Shown here piece by piece: positions 28,030 to 40,627 of a stretch of 64,000 nt of DNA (positions within the stretch are counted from its first letter, which is position 1; each line of letters starts with the position of its first letter). The translations under genes and the position numbers were made by a program. Origin of the DNA: Pristiophorus japonicus (Eukaryota). The notes below the pieces were generated by a model that was not told the origin of the DNA, did not search any database, and saw only the letters and a list, made by a program, of their open reading frames with translations. Location of the stretch: contig NC_091993.1 in the NCBI RefSeq assembly GCF_044704955.1, forward strand, positions 3,844,001-3,908,000. The letters are read 5' to 3'.

Positions 28030-30637
28030 GCAGGGAGACAGAGGGAAACAAAAAGGAGACAAAAGCAAAAGACAGAAAGGAGATGAGTAAAAGTGGAGGG
28101 CAGAGAAACCCAAGACAAAAAACAAAAAGGGCCACTGAATATAAAGGGGCTGCAGGAGGGGTCAAAACTAAAAATCATGGATTAAAAACTAGTATTAAAA
28201 TACTCTACCTAAACGCACGCAGCATTCGAAATAAAGTAAATGAGTTGACGGCACAAATCATAACAAATGGGTATGATTTGGTGGCCATTACAGAAACATG
28301 GTTGCAGGGTGGCCAAGACTAGGAATTAAACATACAGGGGTATCTGACGATTCGGAAAGATAGACAAGAAGGGAAAGGAGGTGGGGTAGCTCTGTTAATA
28401 AAGGATGATATCAGGGCAGTTTTGAGAGACGATATTGGCTCTAATGAACAAAATGTTGAATCATTGTGGGTGGAGATTAGAGATAGTAAGGGGGAAAAGT
28501 CACTGGTGGGTGTAGTTTATAGGCCCCCAAATAATAACTTCACGGTGGGGCGGACAATAATCAAGAGAACAATGGAGGCATGTGAAAAAGGAACGGCAGT
28601 AATCATGGGGGATTTTAACCTACATATCGATTGGTCAAATCAAATCACACTTGGTAGCCTGGAGGAGGAATACATAGAATGCACACGGGATTGTTTCTTA
28701 GAACAGTATGTTACAGAACCTACAAGGGAGCAAGCTATCTTAGATCTGGTCCTGTGTAAAGAGACAGGAATAATAAACGATCTCCGAGTAAAAGATCCTC
28801 TCGGAATGAGTGATCACAGTATGGTTGAATTTGTAATACAGATTGAGGATGAGGAAGTAGTGTCTCAAACGAGTGTACTATGCTTAAATAAAGGGGACGA
28901 CAATGGGATGAGGGCAGAGTTGGCTAAAGTAGACTGGAAACACAGACTAAACGGTGGCACAATTGAGGAACAGTGGAGGACTTTTAAGGAGCTCTTTCAT
29001 AGTGCTCAACAAAAATATATTCCAGTGAAAAAGAAAGGCGGTAAGAGAAGGGATAACCAGCCGTGGATAACAAAGGAAATAAAGGAGAGTATCAAATTAA
29101 AAACCAATGCTTATAAGGTGGCCAAGGTTAGAGGGAAATTAGAAGATTGGGAAAATTTTAAACGACAGCAAAGAATGACTAAGAAAGGAATAAATAAAGG
29201 AAAGATAGATTACGAAGGTAAACTTGCGCAAAACATAAAAATGGATAGTAAAAGCTTTTACAGATATATAAAACGGAAAAGAGTGACTAAAGTAAATGTT
29301 GGTCCCTTAGAAGATGAGAAGGGCGATTTAATAATGGGTAATGTGGAAATGGCTGAGACCTTAAACAATTATTTTACTTCGGTCTTCACAGTGGAAGACA
29401 CAGAAACCATGCGAAAAATTGCTGGTCACAGGAATGTGGGAAGGGAGGACCTTGAGACAATCACTATCACTAGGGGGGTAGTGCTGGACAGGCTAATGGG
29501 ACTCAAGGTAGACAAGTCCCCTGGTCCTGATGAAATGCATCCCAGGGTATTAAAAGAGATGGCGGAAGTTATGGCAGATGCATTCGTTATAATCTACCAA
29601 AATTCTCTGGACTCTGGGGAGGTACCAGCGGATTGGAAAGCAGCTAATGTAACGCCTCTTTTTAAAAAAGGGGGCAGGGAAAAGGCAGGTAACTATAGGC
29701 CGGTTAGTTTAACATCTGTAGTGGGAAAATGCTTGAAACTATCATTAAGGAAGAAATAGAGGGACATCTCGATAGGAATAGTGCAATCAAGCAGACACAG
29801 CATGGATTCATGAAGGGGAAATCATGTTTAACTAATTTACTGGAATTCTTTGAGGATATAACGAGCATGGTGGATAGAGGTGTACCGATGGATGTGGTGT
29901 ATTTAGATTTCCAAAAGGCATTCGATAAGGTGCCTCACAAAAGGTTACTGCAGAAGATAGAGGTACGCGGAGTCAGTGGAAATGTATTAGCATGGATAGA
30001 GAATTGGCTGGCTAACAGAAAGCAGAGAGTCGGGATAAATGGGTCCTTTTCGGGTTGGAAATCGGTGGTTAGTGGTGTGCCACAGGGATCGGTGCTGGAA
30101 CCACAACTGTTTACAATATACATAGATGACCTGGAAGAGGGGACAGAGTGTAGTGTTACAAAATTTGCAGATGACACAAAGATTAGTAGGAAAGCGGGTT
30201 GTGTAGGGGACACAGAGAGGCTGGAAAGAGATTTAGATAGGTTAAGCGAATGGGCTAAGGTTTGGCAGATGGAATACAATGTCGGAAATTGTGAGGTCAT
30301 CCACCTTGGGGAAAAAAAACAGTAAAAGGGAATATTATTTGAATGGGGAGAAATTACAACATGCTGCGGTGCAGAGGGACCTGGGGGTCCTTGTGCATGA
30401 ATCCCAAAAGGTTAGTTTGCAGGTGCAGCAGGTAATCAGGAAGGCGAATGGAATGTTGGCCTTCATTGCGAGAGGGATGGAGTACAAAAGCATGGAGGTC
30501 CTTCTGCAACTGTATATGGTATTGGTGAGGCCGGAGCTGGAGTACTGCGTACAGTTTTGGTCACCTTACTTCAGGAAGGATATACTAGTTTTGGAGGGGG
30601 TACAGAGACGATTCCGGGGATGAGGGGGTTACCTTAT

Positions 30638-31721
30638 AAGAACATAAGAACATAAGAATTAGGAACAGGAGTAGGCCATCTAGCCCCTCGAGCCTGCTCC
30701 GCCATTCAACAAGATCATGACTGATCTGGCCGTGGACTCAGCTCCACTTACCCGCCCGCTCCCCATAACCCTTAATTCCCTTATTAGTTAAAAATCTATC
30801 TATCTGTGACTTGAATACATTCAATGAGCTAGCCTCAATTGCTTCCTTGGGCAGAGAATTCCACAGATTCACAACCCTCTGGGAGAAGAAATTCCTTCTC
30901 AACTCGGTTTTAAATTGGCTCCCCCATATTTTGAGGCTGTGCCCCCTAGTTCTAGTCTCCCCGACCTGTGGAAACAACCTCTCTGCCTCTATCTTGTCTA
31001 TCCCTTTCATTATTTTAAATGTTTCTATACGATCACCCCTTATCCTTCTGAACTCCAACGAGTAAAGACCCTGTCTACTCAATCTATCATCATAAGGTAA
31101 CCCCCTCATCTCCGGAATCAGCCTCGTGAATCGTCTCTGTACCCCCTCCAAAGCCAGTATATCCTTTCTTAAGTAAGGCGACCAAAACTGCATGCAGTAT
31201 TCCAGGTGCGGCCTCACCAGTACCTTATACAGTTGCAGAAGGACCTCCCTGCTTTTGTACTCCATCCCTCTCGCAATGAAGGCCAACATTCCATTCGCCT
31301 TCCTGATTACCTGCTGCACCTGCAAACTAACCTTTTGAGATTCATGCACAAGGACCCCAGGTCCCTCTGCACCGCAGAATGTTGTAATTTCTCCCCATTC
31401 AAATAGTATTTCCTTTTTTTGTTTTTTTCCATAAGGTGGATGACCTCACACTTTCCGACATTGTATTCCATCTGCCAAACCTTAGCCCATTCGCTTAACC
31501 TATCTAAATCTCTTTGCAGCCTCTCTGTGTCCTCTACACAACCCGCTTTCCCACTAATCTTTGTGTCATCTGCAAATTTTGTTACACTACACTCTGTCCC
31601 CTCTTCCAGGACATCTATGTATATTGTAAACAGTTGTGGTCCAGCACCGATCCCTGTGGCACACCACTAACCACCGATTTCCAACCCGAAAAGGACCCAT
31701 TTATCCCGACTCTCCGCTTTC
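30638..31721 (-). mobile_element. CR1 LINE 3' fragment, same subfamily as its host, antisense
   Basis: ORF 30738..31349 nearly matches the host RT C-terminus; AAGAACAT tail at 30638-30658. Confidence 0.9.
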
Positions 31722-33107
31722 TTGATAGATTGAGTAGACTGGGTCTTTACTCGTTGGAATTCCGAAGGATGAGGGGTGATCTTATAGAAACATTTAAAAT
31801 AATGAAAGGGATAGACAAGATAGAGGCAGAGAGATTGCTTCCACTGGTCGGGGAGACTAGAACTAGGGGGCACAGCCTCAAAATACGGGGGAGCCAATTT
31901 AAAATCGAGTTGAGAAGGAATTTCTTCTCCCAGAGGGTTGTGAATCTGTGGAATTCTCTGCCCAAGGAAGCAGTTGAGGCGAGCTCATTGAATGTATTCA
32001 AGTCACAGATAGATAGATTTTTAACCAATAAGGGAATTAAGGGTTACGGGGACCGGGCGGGTAAGTGGAGCTGAGTCCACGGCTAGATCAGCCATGATCT
32101 TGTTGAATGGCGGAGCAGGCTCGAGGGACTAGATGGTCTACTCCTGTTCCTAATTCTTATGTTCTTATGTCTCCACTTCCTCATGCAAGAAATTATTTGT
32201 TCTTGGTGGACATTGTTCCATTGCTGTATTCAATTGACACTTTGATTTTTCAAAACACACAATCCTTATTTTGCATGCACCTATACAGCACTTGTTCTGG
32301 AAGTTTAGCAGCAAAAAGCAGCACTCACTGATTTCAGCAGGTCATTTCTTCAACAGTGCTGCTAAAATCACTCCTTCAGGCACAAAAATCAGCAAAATTC
32401 ACTTACAAGCCTTTCCACAGCTCCACAAAACAAAACAGCACTTTTCCTAATTTACCTTTAAAAATGGCCGAGTGCCAATGTTTGTATCACGCTGCGCATG
32501 CGTGCACGCTCCAGCGTGCATGCGCAGGGCTGTGGGCACGAAATCTGCTTCTGTAAGGTAGCCCCGCCCCCCTGCCGGCAGATCTTCGGTGCCACGCTTT
32601 GGCGCTCCTCCCCGCAGATGCTTGCACGCCGCGCCGAGCTGGAACGGGCCCGATTCGGAGCGCAGAATGCCAAGGTAGGCATTAGGTGCACTTTTAATCC
32701 CACGATACAGGCGTGCTTCTCGGAGGTGCGCCGTTCTGAAGGAGGCCCGAAACTTGCCCCCATACTTTCTGTCGTTATATCGATACTGTCGCTATATCGG
32801 TACAGTCGTTATATCGGTACTGACGTTCTCTCCTTACTGTCGTTATATCGGTATTGTCGTTATAACAACAGAAAGGACATAGCAACAGTTCAGGTATATC
32901 AGTACTGTTGTTTTATCGATATTACCACTATACCCGAACTGTCGCTATATCCTTTCTGTCGCTATATCGGTACTCTCGTTATTTCCTTACTCTCGTTATA
33001 TCTTTACTGTCGTTATATCGTTATTGTCTTTATGTTGGTACTGTCATTATATCCTTATTATCATTATATCGGTGCCGTCGTTATATCGGTGCTGTCATTA
33101 TGTCGTT

Positions 33108-35341
33108 GGCCTGGAAATTCCCGTCTCCCGGGGTCTGTACCAAGTTTCTACAGTCCCGGAAAGACATCGGAAAAGCCAGTCCTCAGCGCACAATGCGCAT
33201 GCGCTGAAAACCAGCTTTTCCGAACTGTACAGCTAGAGCTTGACAGATGATTCACAGCTCGGGACCAAGGACATTAGTTTGGGCAAGATTGCAGGATTTA
33301 CGCATATCTTGCCCAGCGAATGTCCTCAAAATTCTTGCGCCTGAAAAACCAGGCGCATAGTCTACTTTTACAGGCGCAAGTATTTAAAACCATACATAAA
33401 CATAATGGGCCCAAGTTTCGGGCCGCGCCTAAAACAGCGCAGCCCGGAACTGGACGCCTGTTTTTCGTGCCACAAAGTGCGCCTAAAAAAAACTTACCTA
33501 TTCTACGGCTCCCTGCATGCACGCTGGAGCTGGGCGTGGCGAAGCACGAGCTGTAGGGGGCAGAGCCAGGTCCCTGCGCTGAAAACAGTGCCGGGACCTC
33601 TGCACATGCGCGCTATAGTGGGCGCGCATGTGCAGTAGCTCCAGGGGCCCAAAACTGTGGGAGGGGCCCGAAGCACGCAGCCCCTAGCCCTGGCCGAATG
33701 GCCTCACCGGGGCTGCGCGGATAAGGCTCCTCCCACCCGACCCGACCCCCGCTCCCACCCCCCCCCCCCGGCGACCCGACCTCCGCTCCCCACCCCCGAC
33801 CCGACCCGACCTCCGCTCCCCCCACCCAACCCGACCCGATCTCCGCGCCCCCCACCCGCAACTCTCTCTCTTCCCTCCCCCCCGCGACTCCCCCCCCTGG
33901 ATCTCCGCGACTCTTCCCCCCCCTCCCCCCGGACCTCCGCGACTCTTCCCCCCTCCCCCCGGACCTCCGCGACTCTTCCCGCCCCCCCCCCCCCGGACCT
34001 CCGCGACCCCCCCCGAGACCCGACACCACCTACCTGTAAATCCAGTCCGAAGTTGGACCCAGCCATTCAGCCTCCTTCTCTCCCTCCCTCCCTCCATCCT
34101 CTCTCCCTTCTCCCCCTCTCCCCCCCTCCATCCCTCCCTCCCTCCATCCTCTCTCCCTTCTCTCTTCCTTCTCCCGCTCTCTTCCCCCCCACCTCTCCCT
34201 CCCTTCTCCTCCTCTCCCACCCACCTTCTCCCCCTCCACTCGCTGTCAGGAACACAGACACTGACAGACAGAGAGTGAGAGACACACAGACAGACAGAGA
34301 GATAGAGACACTGACAGAGACACACTGGGGGAGCCATCCCAGCACGCTGTTGGAGGGCTCCCGGTGCTGCAGTCAGTAAGTAGAAAATGTTTTATTTATT
34401 GATTTTTATTTATTTATTTATTATTATTTTTTTTGATTGATTTATTGGTTGATTTATTAATGTATCTATCATTTATTATTGATGATGGCTCTTTATTTGT
34501 AAAACTGAAGTGTTTAATGTTTGTAAACTTCCCTTTAAACCCTAGTCGCGCCCCCCCACCATTCCCTACACCTGATTTGTAACCTACGCCTGATTTTCTA
34601 AAGTGTAGACAAGGTTTTTTCGAACGTACAAAAATCTTCACTTACTCCATTCTAAGTTAGTTTGGAGTAAGTTTTCACTGCCTAAACTTTGAAAACAGGC
34701 GTAAGTGGCCGGACACGCCCCCTTTTGAAAAAAAAATTCTGTTCCAAAGTGAAACTGTTCTAACTGACTAGAACTGGAACAAACTAAATGCCGAGAATTC
34801 AAATTTCTAAGATATTCCAATCTAAACCAGTTGCTCCAAAAAATCAGGAGCAACTCAGGCCAAAACTTGGCCCCATTAAAATTAAATTAAATAAACACAT
34901 TTTATTGTTAAAACTCTGCCCTCTAAGGTAAGTTTATTTTTAACCCGAATTACAAAACTTTAAAAAAAAATTGGAAAAATATTATATTTTTCTCTGAACT
35001 TCAATTTCAATTAAATGTAATTATGTGTGGTCTGTTTTTAATTTTTTATTAGTGTGCGTTTGTTTTTTTTCCCATTAATAGCAATGAGAACTCGTAGTTA
35101 TGGAGTTTTCATTGCTATTAATGGGAAAGCTGTGGAATACATACCTGATTCGCTGAGCAGTCACACATGACTGCATCTTCTGCGTGGGAATGCTCCGGAC
35201 AGGACCACTCTTCGCAGTGCGGGAAGAGAAGGCCTCCTCAACGTAATCCAGGGCGCTTCTGAGACCACCAGGTAGATTCATAAAAATTCTCCGATTGGAG
35301 GCAATTGCCTGCGGGAAGCCTCAGACCGGAATTTCAGGGCC
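33108..35341. mobile_element. non-autonomous DNA transposon (Harbinger-like MITE) containing a second MITE
   Basis: TIRs GGCCTGGAAATTCC / GGAATTTCAGGGCC, GTT on both flanks, no coding capacity. Confidence 0.72.
33407..34874. mobile_element. Harbinger family-2-related MITE with C-rich low-complexity core
   Basis: TIRs GGGCCCAAGTTT / AAACTTGGCCCC. One arm is homologous to 22272-22560; the whole element is an inverted homologue of 55406-57340. Confidence 0.8.
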
Positions 35342-35569
35342 GTTGTTTTTATGTCTCTCCTGCCGTTATATCCTTACTGTCATTATATCGTTATTGGCTT
35401 TATGTCGGTATTGTCATTATATCAGTACTGTCATTATGTCCTTACTGTTGTTATATCGACATTGTCGCTGTAAAGTTACTGTCCTTATATCGGTACTGTC
35501 ATATCAGTACTGCCCTTGTATCGGGACTGAAGTTATATACTTACTCTCGTTATATCAGTACTGTCGTTA

Positions 35570-35990
35570 CATCCTTACTGTCGTTATATCCTGACTGTCG
35601 TTATATTCTCACTGTCGTTATATCGGGACTGTTGTTATATACTTACTCTCGTTATATCGGTACTGTCGTTATATCCTGACTGTCGTTATATCCTGACTGT
35701 CGTTATATTCTCACTGTCGTTATATTCTCACTGTCGTTATATCGGGACTGTTGTTATATACTTACTCTCGTTATATCGGTACTGTCGTTATATCCTGACT
35801 GTCGTTATATCCTGACTGTCGTTATATTCTCACTGTCGTTATATTCTCACTGTCGTTATATCGGGACTGTTGTTATATACTTACTCTCGTTATATCGGTA
35901 CTGTCGTTATATCCTGACTGTCGTTATATCCTGACTGTCGTTATATTCTCACTGTCATTATATCGGGACTGTTGTTATACACTTACTCTC
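35570..35990 (+). repeat. second 119-bp (7x17) higher-order satellite repeat
   Basis: Variant GGGACTGTTGTT at 35625, 35744, 35863 and 35965 (spacings 119/119/102). Confidence 0.9.
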
Positions 35991-36415
35991 GTTATATCGG
36001 TACTGTCGTTATATCGGTACTGTCGTTATATCGCTACCGTCATTCTATCCTGACTGTCGTTATATCGGTAATGTCGTTATACCGCTACTGTCGTTATATC
36101 CTTACTGTCGTTGTATCCGTACTATCGTTATATTGGTACCATCGTTTTATCATTACTGTCATTATGTCGATACTGTCGTTATATCGGTAATGTCGTTATA
36201 TCGGTAATGTCGTTATATCGGTACTGTAGTTGTATCGGTACCGTCATAATATCGATACTGTCGTTATATCCTCACTGTCGTTATATCCTTTCTGTCGTTA
36301 TATCGGTACTATCATTATATCTGTACCGTCGTTTAATCGTTAATGTCATTATGTCGGTACTGTCATTATGTCAGTACTGTCGTTTTATCCGTACTGTCGT
36401 TATATCAGTAATGAC

Positions 36416-39400
36416 ATCTTAGACTTTTAAAACTTTAAAAAACTTTAAAAAAACTTTTTAACAGCCTTTAGAAACTCTTGAAATAAATTGGGAATTGTCA
36501 TGTATTCAACTGTCCTCCGGACTGGGCAGCCACGTACGGGGCATGCCCTGAGGAATTCAAACCATTTCACAGGCGCAAGGATGAACTCTCGATTCAGGCC
36601 GATTGCCTACTATGGGGAAACCGAGTAGTCATGCCCCAGATGGGCAGAGAGATGTTCATCAGAGAACTTCACAATGAGCAACCGGGCATTGTCATGATGA
36701 AGGCAATTGCCAGGTCACACGTTTGGTGGCCAGGGATAGATGCAGACCTGGAACTTTGTGTTCGCAGGTGCAACACGTGTGCCCAGCTGGGCAATGCGCC
36801 CAGGGAAGCCCCCCTTAGCCCCTGGTCCTGGCCCGCCAAGCCATGGTCACGCATCCATGTGGACTACGCAGGTCATTTCATGGGAAAAATGTTTTTGGTT
36901 GTAGTAGACGTCTACTCCAAATGGATCGAGTGTGACATTCTCAATTCAAGCACATCCTCTGCCACGGTAGAAAGTCTACGGGCAATGTTCGCCGCCTATG
37001 GTCCACCAGACGTCTTGGTCAGCAACAATGGCCCGTGCTTTACAAGCATTGAATTCCAGGACTTCATGGCAGGAAATGGTATCAACCATGTCAGAACGGC
37101 ACCGTTCAAGCCGGCCTCAAACGGCCAAGCGGAACAAGCAGTGCAGATAATCAAACAAGGGCTGCTCAGAATCCAAGGGGGTTCCCTACAAAGCCGCTTA
37201 TCTTGCCTCCTGTTGGCCAATAGATTCCGACCACTCTCGCTCACAGGGGTTCCACCCGCAGAGCTGCTAATGAAAAGGACGCTCAAAATCAGGTTATCCC
37301 TTATTCACCCCACCATGAAAGAAATTGTTGAGAGCAGGCGCCGGTCACAATGTGACTACCATGATGGGAATGCGAGGGCGCGATGTATTGATGTCAATGA
37401 CCCTGTCTTTGTCCTCAACTACGCTGCAGGGCCCAAATGGCTCGCAGGCACTGTGTTTGCTATAAAGAGGGGAATAGGGTTTTGGTAGTTAAACTTACCA
37501 ATGGACAAATCTGCCACAAACACGTGGATCAAAAAGGAGGTTCAGCAACCCCATCGAAGAAGCAGAGGAAGAACACGACGTAGAGTTTACTCCACCACAG
37601 GTGACCGAACACCGGAACTAAAGGGAGGAGAGCCCAGTCACTGTGGGCAGTCCGGACAGGCCTGAGGCACCGCAAACAGCAGACACTCAGGCCAGCGTCC
37701 AATAACCGGAGCCCCAACTCAGGCGCTCTACAAGGGAGCGTAAACCACCAGAGAAACTCAACCTGTGATCCCAATAAGACTTTGGGGGGGAGGTGATGTC
37801 ATGTATTCAACTGTCATTGTAATCCATGTAAAAACTGACCTAAGTTGTACACTGTGAGAACACTGACCACTAGGTGGTGAACTTGTGGGAGACACTCCTA
37901 ACCCGGACTTTCAGGTATAAAAGGGAAAGCTCCACCCACCTTCATCACTTCAGTACTGGCGAATAAAGATTACTGGTCATAGAGTGACCTTCTCTCAAGT
38001 ATGGGCCTCGTGTGCATTTAGACTGTAGAGTAAGGACATATTAGGAATCTTTATCAACTTTTAACTTTTAAAATAACTTTGGACATCACCTTCCTAATGC
38101 CTGCCCCCCATCCCAGCCTCGGGCCATCTACCATCAACGGCGCTTCCCAGTGCCGAGCTTGCGGCCAACACTTTGCCGTCGGCAATTAGATTTATAGAGC
38201 TGTCCAGTTGTCTTCGAACCCTTGCCACTGGACCAAGACTTTGTTCAGCTAAGCCCGTGTGGTTCTCGGTGTGCAACGGCCACCCCACATTAAAAGAATT
38301 CACGCACGGGCATCTTCCACTTCGTCAGTATGAAGTTCGGGATCTGGAACGTCAGGACTCTCATGGACAATCCCAACAGCAACAGGCCGGAACGCCACAC
38401 CACCATAGTTGCCCGGGAACTCAGATGTTTTGACATTGACATCGCTGTCAAAGCGAGACCCGGTGAGTAGGGGAAGGCCAGTTGAAGGAACATTGTGGTG
38501 GGAAACCAGAGGCAGAACGGCGCCTTCATGGAATCGGCTTTGCCATCAAGAATGAGCTGGTCGACCACCTCAACGACACCCCTGTGGGGTTAACGAACGC
38601 CTCATGACTCTCTGTATCACCCTATCTCGGAACCAATGTGCCACAGTCATCAGTGTGTACGCCCCTGCACTCGATGCAACGGATGAGGCTAAAGAGGGAT
38701 TTTATTCCAACCTCGAGACATCCTTGTCCCACGTCCCCACGGGCGACAAATTGATTCCCCTGGGTGATTTTAATGTCTGGGTTGGCAAAGACACAGCCCT
38801 CTGGGCAGGCGTGATTGGCAGAGAGTGGGTAGGGAAAGCCAACTCCAGCGATACCCAACTCCTGACAAAATGTCTAGAACATGAACTCCTCATCACCAAC
38901 ACCCTGTTCCACCAGAGGGACAAATACAAGACATCATGGCAACACCCTCACCCCAAACACTGGCACCCGCTTGACTGTGTCATCGTCTGAGCCAGGGATC
39001 GCAAGGATGTGCGCATCACCCGCGCCATGACAGGAGCTGATGACTGCTGGATGGACCATCGCCTAATCCAATCCATCATCAACATTAACATTGCCCCAAA
39101 GCAGAGGGGACAGCAGAAGCAGTTCCGCAAAAAAGTTAATGCCGAGGCACTTAGAGACCCAGTTAAGAGAGCCCTATACAGCCAGTGCCTCACAGCCAAC
39201 CTGGCGTGCCTTGATGACCCTGAGATGCTCAATGCCCACAGCGCTTGGTCTGCCCTCCAGGCCTCTATAACCAGTGCCTGTGAAGAGACACTTGGTCACT
39301 CAACCAGAAAACACCAGGACTGGTTTGATGAAAATGATCAGGAGATCGAAGAGCTAATAGATCGCCAGCGCAAACATTTCTGAGCCTCAAGCAACAACCC

Positions 39401-40627
39401 AACTCGGGAGCTACAAAACAACATTACAGACGGCTCAAGTCTGAGGTCCAACAAAAAGCTCGGGACCTAAAGAACAGGTGGTGGATGTAGAAAGCACAGG
39501 AGATACAATAACTGGTCGACAGCCACGATATGGAGTGGAATTAAACTACAGAACCAGTGGGAAGCTGTTTAACCTACGCCGCCTCCAGGCCAGGTCCAAG
39601 ATCACCCCAACCTCTGTCGCTGAGCTGCAGTATGCGGGCGATGCCTGCGTCTGTTCACATTCAGAGGCTGAACTCCAGGATATAGTCAATGTATTTACTG
39701 AGGCGGATGAAAGCATGGGCCTTATGCTTAACATCCGTAAGACAAAGGTCATTCACCAGCCTGTCACCGCCGCACAGCACTGCTCCCCAGTCATCAAGAT
39801 CCACGGCGTGGCTCTGGTCAACATGGACCCATATCTCGGGAGCCTCTTATCAACAAAGGCAGACATTGATGCGGAGATTCAACATTGCCTCCAGTGCGCC
39901 AGCACAGCCTTCGGCTGTCTGAGGAAAAGAGTATTTGAAGACCAGGCCTTCAAATCTACCACCAAACTCATGGTCTACAGGGCTGTAGTAATACCCGCCC
40001 TCCTGTATGGATCTGAGGCATGGACGATGTACAGAAGGCACCTCAAGTCGCTGGAGATATATCACCAATGATGTCTCCGCAAGATCCTGCAAATCCCCTG
40101 GGAGGACAGGCGCACCAACATCAGTGTCCTCGACCAGGCTAACATCCCCAGTATTGAAGTACTGACCACACTCGATCAGCTTCGCTGGGCAGGCCACATA
40201 GTACGCATGCCAGATACGAGACTCCCTAAGCAAATGCTTTATGTGGAGCTCCTTCGTGGTAAACGAGCCAAAGGAGGACAGCGGAAACATTATAAGAACA
40301 CCCTCAAAGCCTCCCTGATAAAGTGCGACATCACCACTGACAGCTGGGAGACCCTGAGCACAGACCACCCGAGGTGGAGAAAGTCCATCCGGGAGGGCGT
40401 TGAGCTCTTCGAGTCTCAACGCAAAGAGCATGAAGAGGCCAAGCGCAGGCAGCGGAAGGAGCACGCGGCAAACCAGTCCCACCCACCCCTTCCCTCGACG
40501 AATGTCTGTCCCACCTGTAACAGGGTCTGTGGCTCTCGTATCGGACTGTTCAGCCATCAAAGAATTCACTTCGTGAGTGGAAGCAAGTCCTCCTCAATTC
40601 CGAGGGACTGCCTATGATGATGATGAT
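36416..40627 (+). mobile_element. RTE/BovB-like LINE (5' UTR, EN, RT C-terminus; internal deletion at ~39530; Gypsy inserted in the 5' UTR)
   Basis: EN motifs ISVYAP, GDFN and DHRL; RT C-terminal motifs ELQYAGDA, YLGS and MPDTRLPK; (ATG)n tail at 40613-40627. Confidence 0.88.
36496..38043 (+). mobile_element. Gypsy LTR retrotransposon, internally deleted (integrase + 3' LTR)
   Basis: 5-bp TSD GGAAT; first 19 bp of the LTR at 36496 repeated at ~37797; polypurine tract at ~37783; integrase ORF 36631..37488 (H..C..C, PWSRIHVDY, SNGQAE). Confidence 0.88.

Larger units (their letters stand above)
25643..32166 (+). mobile_element. CR1 LINE (end of ORF1 esterase + ORF2 EN/RT), host to two antisense CR1 insertions
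   Basis: Segments ~25643-25900, 28030-30637 and 31722-32166 are colinear; ORF2 pieces 28422..29759, 29729..30325 and 30279..30623; TTCTTATG tail; ATGTCTC at both ends. Confidence 0.88.
24430..32221 (-). pseudogene. Harbinger ORF2, Myb/SANT-like DNA-binding protein (spliced; exon 1 split by CR1)
   Basis: ATG at 32221 MEQCPPRTNNFLHEEVE | CR1 | TLVNVIQQKW*..WSQVA..RSGSQ.KKKWHDL then a GTAAGT donor (~25446). Exon 2 from 25336 KKLAHNKREATRTGGG..; exon 3 from ~25040 is acidic. Confidence 0.75.
22272..32761 (+). mobile_element. PIF/Harbinger DNA transposon family 2 (transposase + Myb/SANT gene), interrupted by a CR1 nest at ~25643-32166
   Basis: TIR-like ends GGGCTCAAGTTTCGG / CCCGAAACTTGCCCC; convergent transposase (+) and Myb/SANT-like gene (-). 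Satellite resumes after 32761. Confidence 0.85.

Noticed and set aside
32498-33250. 250-aa ORF
   Set aside because: Chance read-through across a Harbinger arm, satellite and MITE.
33613-34379. Pro-rich and Gly-rich ORFs (also 55950-57284)
   Set aside because: Low-complexity G/C tracts inside MITEs.
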